Assembly: GCA_002506905.1 (NCBI GenBank)
Contig: DAYM01000004.1
Coordinates: forward strand, 16,147-80,146
DNA length: 64,000 bases
Direction: 5' to 3'
Origin: Methanomassiliicoccaceae archaeon UBA328
Lineage (GTDB): Archaea; Thermoplasmatota; Thermoplasmata; Methanomassiliicoccales; Methanomethylophilaceae
The position numbers and the translations under genes were made by a program. The notes under the pieces are model-generated. The model made no database searches and had not been told where the DNA came from. It saw nothing but the letters and a program-made list of their open reading frames with translations. This document shows positions 60,395-64,000 of this stretch, piece after piece. Position 1 is the stretch's first letter. Every line of letters begins with the position of its first letter.

Positions 60395-61249
60395 TTATGC
60401 GTGGTTGACAGCGATATCGGGAACAGATATCGGTTCTTCTTTCCGTACGTTGTCCACAGGTTCGTCGTCATAGGCTTTGGAGAGGAATGTAGGATAGTAT
60501 GCGATGTTCAGCAATCCGGTCTTGGGATGGCGGCTTACTGCTGCCTTGACATTGTAGATCTCTTGGATCATATCTTCCGTGATGACCTTTTCGGGCGTAC
60601 CTTCCATGATAATGCGGCCGTCCTTGATAACGTAAAGCCTGTCGCAGTACTGTGCAGCAAGATTCAGATCGTGCATGGCGCAAAGGGCCGTACAATGAAG
60701 ACTTTTGACGATATCCAAGACCTCTAACTGATATTCGATATCAAGGTGGTTAGTCGGTTCGTCCAATACCAGACAGGGCGTTTGCTGTGCAAGTGCCCGT
60801 GCAAGGATGATGCGCTGCTGCTCTCCTCCCGAAAGCGATGAGAATGCCCTGTCTGCAAATTCCAGCATATTGACCTTTTTAAGGGCATTTCTGACGATCT
60901 CGCGATCTTCTTCGTTATCGGTCTCCATTGCCTTTTTATGAGGGGTTCTGCCCATCATAACGACGTCTTCGACCCTGAATTCGAAGTTGTAGTAGTTATG
61001 TTGGGTGACAACTGCCATTTTCAAAGCACTCTCGCGGAGATGCATAACATCCAACGGTATGTCGTCTATCAGAATCTCCCCGGAGTCCCTTTTCATCACG
61101 CGGTAAATGGATTTCAGCAACGTGGATTTGCCGCTTCCGTTCGGTCCCAAAAGACCTACGAACTCGCCGTCATTCACATGTATGGTGGCTTCATTCACTA
61201 TGCGTTTGGTGGGAACCGAAACGTCTACTTCTTTTGTTACTATGTCCAT
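60395..61249 (-). CDS. FecE/BtuD-type ABC ATPase
   Basis: 284 aa. Walker A GPNGSGKST, signature LSGGEQQR, Walker B LVLDEPTN. Confidence 0.85.
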   Translation of the reverse strand: MDIVTKEVDVSVPTKRIVNEATIHVNDGEFVGLLGPNGSGKSTLLKSIYRVMKRDSGEILIDDIPLDVMHLRESALKMAVVTQHNYYNFEFRVEDVVMMGRTPHKKAMETDNEEDREIVRNALKKVNMLEFADRAFSSLSGGEQQRIILARALAQQTPCLVLDEPTNHLDIEYQLEVLDIVKSLHCTALCAMHDLNLAAQYCDRLYVIKDGRIIMEGTPEKVITEDMIQEIYNVKAAVSRHPKTGLLNIAYYPTFLSKAYDDEPVDNVRKEEPISVPDIAVNHA

Positions 61250-62309
61250 CAGCTACCAGCTCCGAAACTGTAAGATTTCTTGATCATAATGTATGCGAAC
61301 ACGGGTGCACCGCAGATGGCGGTAATGATACCGATCGGTATCTCCGAGACGGTTAACGAGCGCGCAAAGATGTCGGCGACCATCATGAATATCGCTCCCA
61401 GGAGGATCGATATCGGATAGAGTTTCCAATGGTTGGTCCCAACCAGTGCACGGCCTATATGCGGTATGATCAGACCGACGAATCCGATCAGTCCGCAGTT
61501 GCATACCAAAATGGCTACCATGAACGCGGTGATCAGAATGTAGGCCTTTCTGAGGGTCGAAAGATTGATCCCCAGCGTGGTTGCGGTATCGTCTCCCAAC
61601 ATCATTGCGTTAAGGTTACGCAGCTGTGTCAGGAAGAACACGATACAGATGACAAGGGGGACCGCGCACATGACAACGGTATCGAAACCAGTCGTGCTCA
61701 GGGAACCCATAAGCCAGAATGTAAGGTCCCTCATCTGGGTGGCGTTAGGTGCCAGATATACGATGAGATTTGAGAAAGCACCGCATAATGATGCGATAAT
61801 TACTCCGGAAAGGACCAATTTCGTCGATGTGATCTTTCCTCCCACCGCAGATAACGTGAATACGGCTATCGATGCTAGATCGCACCGATGAATGCAAATG
61901 CTTCCACACCGAAAGACGCAAAGATCGTTCCCGCAAGCACGGATGAACCGAGAAGGATCGCGAACGTTGCACCCAACGATGCTCCTGACGATATACCCAA
62001 TATGTACGGATTGGCAAGAGGATTCTGGACCATTGCCTGTATGACAACTCCCACAAGTGCCAATCCGGCGCCGACCACAAGTCCGAGCATTCCGCGGGGA
62101 GCATAGAGCTGCCAAACGATCGCTACGGTAGCAGGACGTATATCAGAAATATCGCCGTATCCGAATATCTTGTTCAATAGTATACGCACAACTTCATCGA
62201 ACGGAACAGACACTGCACCGGTAAACGTCGAATAGGCTAGAACGACGATCATGACCAATACGAGGAGAATGATCAGTCCTACTGTTGATATGTTCCCTAG
62301 TTTTTTCAT
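61249..62309 (-). pseudogene. FecCD/BtuC-family ABC permease with one frameshift
   Basis: N-terminal piece ..NPLANPYILGISSGASLGATFAILLG..AFAFIGAI stops at TAG. The frame shifted by one base continues LASIAVFTLSAVGGK..GLIGFVGLIIPHIGRAL.. to the end. The shift is near 61880. Confidence 0.85.
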
Positions 62310-62365
62310 AGACTGTACCTTATTAAATTAAGTAAAGGGTTTGGAAATGGTTTTTTTTGATCTGA

Positions 62366-63313
62366 TCAGGTCAAGATATCCACAAGAATGTCGAGGGTAT
62401 CGATCACCGTGGGATCGGCACCATACGAAATACTGAGGTTCATCGAGTAATATTCTCCATTGGTGATAGCAGGAGATGCAGCCAGAACAGAATCGGCTTT
62501 CCAAGCGTTCACGGTCTCATCCAGAGTGTTGTCACCGTAACAGATGACGAACAGTACGTCGATGGTCTCTGCTCTGTCGTATAATACAGCGAGAGATGTT
62601 CCGCTTCCCGTATCGCTGAAGACATTGGTAACGCCGCACTCGTCAAGAATGCTGTTGATGAATGCCTTGTTGTAGAACCATACTCCGTCGGCTTCGGGAA
62701 CGCCGTCTTCCATGGCATATGACAGAGTGCTGTTCTTCAGAAGTTCTTTGACCTCATCAATCTTGTCTTCCAGTGAATCCATGTATTTGTCGGTCTGATC
62801 CTTTACATTGAAGATGTTTCCGATGTTTTTGTAGTCAAGTTCCATTCCTTCGATGGAATCCATGTCGACCATGGTACGGAGGGACCAGACGTTGCATCCC
62901 AGAGCGTTCCAGTAGCTGGGGGATCCGAGTTTGGCATCTGACCATGCTACCCATGCTATAACGCAGTCGGGTTCCCAATCGGTCAGGACAGCCTGGCTGA
63001 TGTTGCCGGTAAGAATGTGATCGCTTCCGATCCTTTCTGCGACCTCTTTATATTCATCCTGGAGATCTTCTGGCACTTCTTCTTCCATATAGTAGATTCC
63101 GATGATCCTGTCGCCGAGACCGAAGTAAAGAAGGATGTCGAGTGCAGTGTTGCATCCAACGACCACCCTTTCAGGTACTTCTTCATATGTCTGTTCAGCA
63201 GTGTTTCCGCTATAGTCTGTAGGTGTGACAATGGTTATCGCACCGTCGCTGTATGTGCCTTTGTTGTTACCGTTCATGCTTATAACAACATATACCGCAC
63301 CTGCAGCGATCAC
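62366..63313 (-). CDS. FecB/BtuF-type ABC substrate-binding protein (5' end probably frameshifted)
   Basis: 315 aa from a GTG inside the signal anchor. The frame is open upstream (ESLENADRTIAVVVIV) with no start. The ATG at 63360 is out of frame, and the shift coincides with an A4 run. Confidence 0.7.
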   Translation of the reverse strand: MIAAGAVYVVISMNGNNKGTYSDGAITIVTPTDYSGNTAEQTYEEVPERVVVGCNTALDILLYFGLGDRIIGIYYMEEEVPEDLQDEYKEVAERIGSDHILTGNISQAVLTDWEPDCVIAWVAWSDAKLGSPSYWNALGCNVWSLRTMVDMDSIEGMELDYKNIGNIFNVKDQTDKYMDSLEDKIDEVKELLKNSTLSYAMEDGVPEADGVWFYNKAFINSILDECGVTNVFSDTGSGTSLAVLYDRAETIDVLFVICYGDNTLDETVNAWKADSVLAASPAITNGEYYSMNLSISYGADPTVIDTLDILVDILT

Positions 63314-63583
63314 TATTACAACGACCGCAATGGTGCGATCTGCATTTTCGAGAGACTCATAATATCTCTGTTAAATGTAAACCATGTGGAAATATATAAG
63401 TTGGATGTATATTCCAAGTTATATGTTGTAAATAATATCAAAAATATTATTTCAATATAGAATTGAATATCTGGGGCGAGTTCTGATTGAGAATAATGTA
63501 AAAGAATGGATAATGTACAAATTATACAGTCTGTGGTCGAATGTCAACATAGTTGAAAAATCAGATCATTTATTGAAATCGTA

Positions 63584-63862
63584 TCATCGGATCCTGCCGA
63601 TCTTTTCAAGGACATGCTTAGCATAGGAGCAGTTGGGCGCGATCTTCCATCCGTTCGCGTCCGCCATTCCGATGACGGAATCCACAAGGATCCTTCCGTA
63701 TCCGTTGCCCTCGTATTCCCTGCGGACGACCGTATGATCGATATCGATCGTATCGTCGGAGACCATGACGAACGAGACGTATCCCGCCTCTTTTCCGTCG
63801 ATCTGCAGGGAGAATCTCCCTCCGTCATCCGTCTTCTCGAAAACTGTCTTCGGTCCCGTCAT
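63584..63862 (-). CDS. YjdJ-type small GNAT-like acetyltransferase
   Basis: 92 aa. Contains HTVVRREYEGNGYGRILV and a C-terminal IAPNCSYAKHVL. Confidence 0.65.
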   Translation of the reverse strand: MTGPKTVFEKTDDGGRFSLQIDGKEAGYVSFVMVSDDTIDIDHTVVRREYEGNGYGRILVDSVIGMADANGWKIAPNCSYAKHVLEKIGRIR

Positions 63863-63871
63863 AATTCAGCC

Positions 63872-64000
63872 TCACTGTATGATTGAGATGGTGATCCCTA
63901 TCGCCATGACAACGATCAGTACAGCGGCCACTTTGACCCAATACCAATCCTTCTCGCTGATGAGGGATACGAATGTAGTAAGTATTCCCAGGAACGGGGC
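63872..64000 (-). CDS. C-terminal end of a membrane protein (partial, runs off the window)
   Basis: Open frame PFLGILTTFVSLISEKDWYWVKVAAVLIVVMAIGITISIIQ, TGA stop at 63872..63874. Confidence 0.3.
   Translation of the reverse strand, partial: APFLGILTTFVSLISEKDWYWVKVAAVLIVVMAIGITISIIQ

Noticed and set aside
1-64000. Search for transposases, integrases, IS terminal repeats, prophage genes, CRISPR arrays and rRNA genes
   Set aside because: No ORF showed DDE, tyrosine-recombinase or serine-recombinase motifs. I saw no arrays of regularly spaced repeats and no rRNA-like sequence. The accessory islands therefore have no identifiable mobility gene in this window.

Overview
This 64-kb window looks like an archaeal chromosome segment. 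Evidence: a group II chaperonin (thermosome), fibrillarin, Kae1, S15P/S13e, a RecJ-like DHH protein, and three tRNAs (Ser-CGA, Val-GAC, Leu-CAG). By eye the GC content is moderate to high, with several AT-richer accessory patches; I did not compute it. Core genes: type III glutamine synthetase beside a broken glutamate synthase; thermosome directly followed by grpE-dnaK-dnaJ; TrpB2; flavodoxin; MsrA; proA-proB; a MATE exporter; Kae1; RecJ-like; S15; Nudix; fibrillarin; fused NADP phosphatase/NAD kinase; a JAMM/MPN protein. Accessory content: a low-GC nitrogenase-like plus methyltransferase operon; a TerC block flanked by a 37-nt direct repeat; remnants of a BspA-like LRR surface protein and a MATE gene; an AT-rich island of modification-dependent (type IV-like) nucleases, with the SauUSI-like PLD-helicase-DUF3427 gene intact and the GmrSD-like and HNH genes broken; two FecCD/BtuCDF-type ABC importers, both decayed, one with a dockerin-like module; a heterodimeric ABC exporter; tandem families of uncharacterised paralogues. 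Main observations: (1) none of about 60 credible ORFs ends in TAG, yet one TIGR04076-family gene has an in-frame TAG, a pattern that fits a pyrrolysine-decoding Methanomassiliicoccales-type archaeon (inference only); (2) at least 15 genes are interrupted by frameshifts, nonsense codons, truncations or a 7-bp duplication, which means either active genome erosion or assembly error; (3) a phosphohexomutase paralogue has all four catalytic motifs degenerate. I found no CRISPR array, transposase or integrase. No search tools were used, so all family calls rest on motifs I could read in the translations.
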